In this document: in pieces, positions 63,728-64,000 of the stretch
Position numbering within the stretch: the stretch's first letter is position 1
Layout of the letters: every line of letters begins with the position of its first letter
Assembly: GCF_963506605.1 (NCBI RefSeq)
Contig: NC_083277.1
Coordinates: 67,952,001-68,016,000 of the forward strand
DNA from: Zootoca vivipara
Taxonomy: Eukaryota
DNA: 64,000 nucleotides
Reading direction: 5' to 3'
Position numbers and translations under genes: made by a program
Notes under the pieces: generated by a model
Databases searched by the model: none
What the model saw: only the letters and a program-made list of their open reading frames with translations
What the model was told of the DNA's origin: nothing

Positions 63728-64000
63728 CGTTAGAGTAAGTCAGAGGAGAAGATAGCTCAGACCAAAAAATAAAAAATAAAAATAAATGTCAAAACACCTA
63801 CAGAGGAAGAAACAAGAGTTGTGAATTGTTGCAGAGAAAGGAGATCCTGTTTAAGGTTTTCCGGGAACTTTGCATTAACTCACAATTCTGGCATGTTCTC
63901 CACAATGCATACAAATAGTGGGCAAAATACTGATCACTTAGGATGTTGCTCATGCAGAGCAAAAAGTAACCCATGTTTTCAGATTTAAAAAATCCTTCCA

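Overview
Vertebrate genomic DNA, most likely from a lacertid-type lizard (inferred from Sauria SINEs, BovB, Penelope-like repeats and many hAT MITEs). Four host genes lie on the minus strand in the order known from human 5q31.1: the 3' end of DDX46 (last 4 coding exons), C5orf24 (single coding exon), complete TXNDC15 (5 exons, 351 aa) and the first two exons of PCBD2. The rest of PCBD2, and by synteny CATSPER3/PITX1, lie off the left edge. The main unexpected feature is absent from the ORF track: a decayed multi-exon gene on the + strand (about 28.7-32.9 kb), head-to-head with TXNDC15. Its six exons join in compatible phases. The conceptual translation matches, in order, motifs I recall from the C-terminal glycosyltransferase (TAGT) region of GREB1/GREB1L, so it looks like a compact, divergent, now dead GREB1-family paralogue. 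Other notable items: a TSD-flanked BovB insertion with an inverted 5' end fused to a CCA-tailed tRNA-Glu copy; a Penelope/hammerhead inverted repeat that captured 47 bp of nearby DNA; a candidate poison exon and a GC-AG intron in DDX46; a triple tandem acceptor in TXNDC15. All homology calls come from reading the sequence and from remembered sequences; no database search was run.
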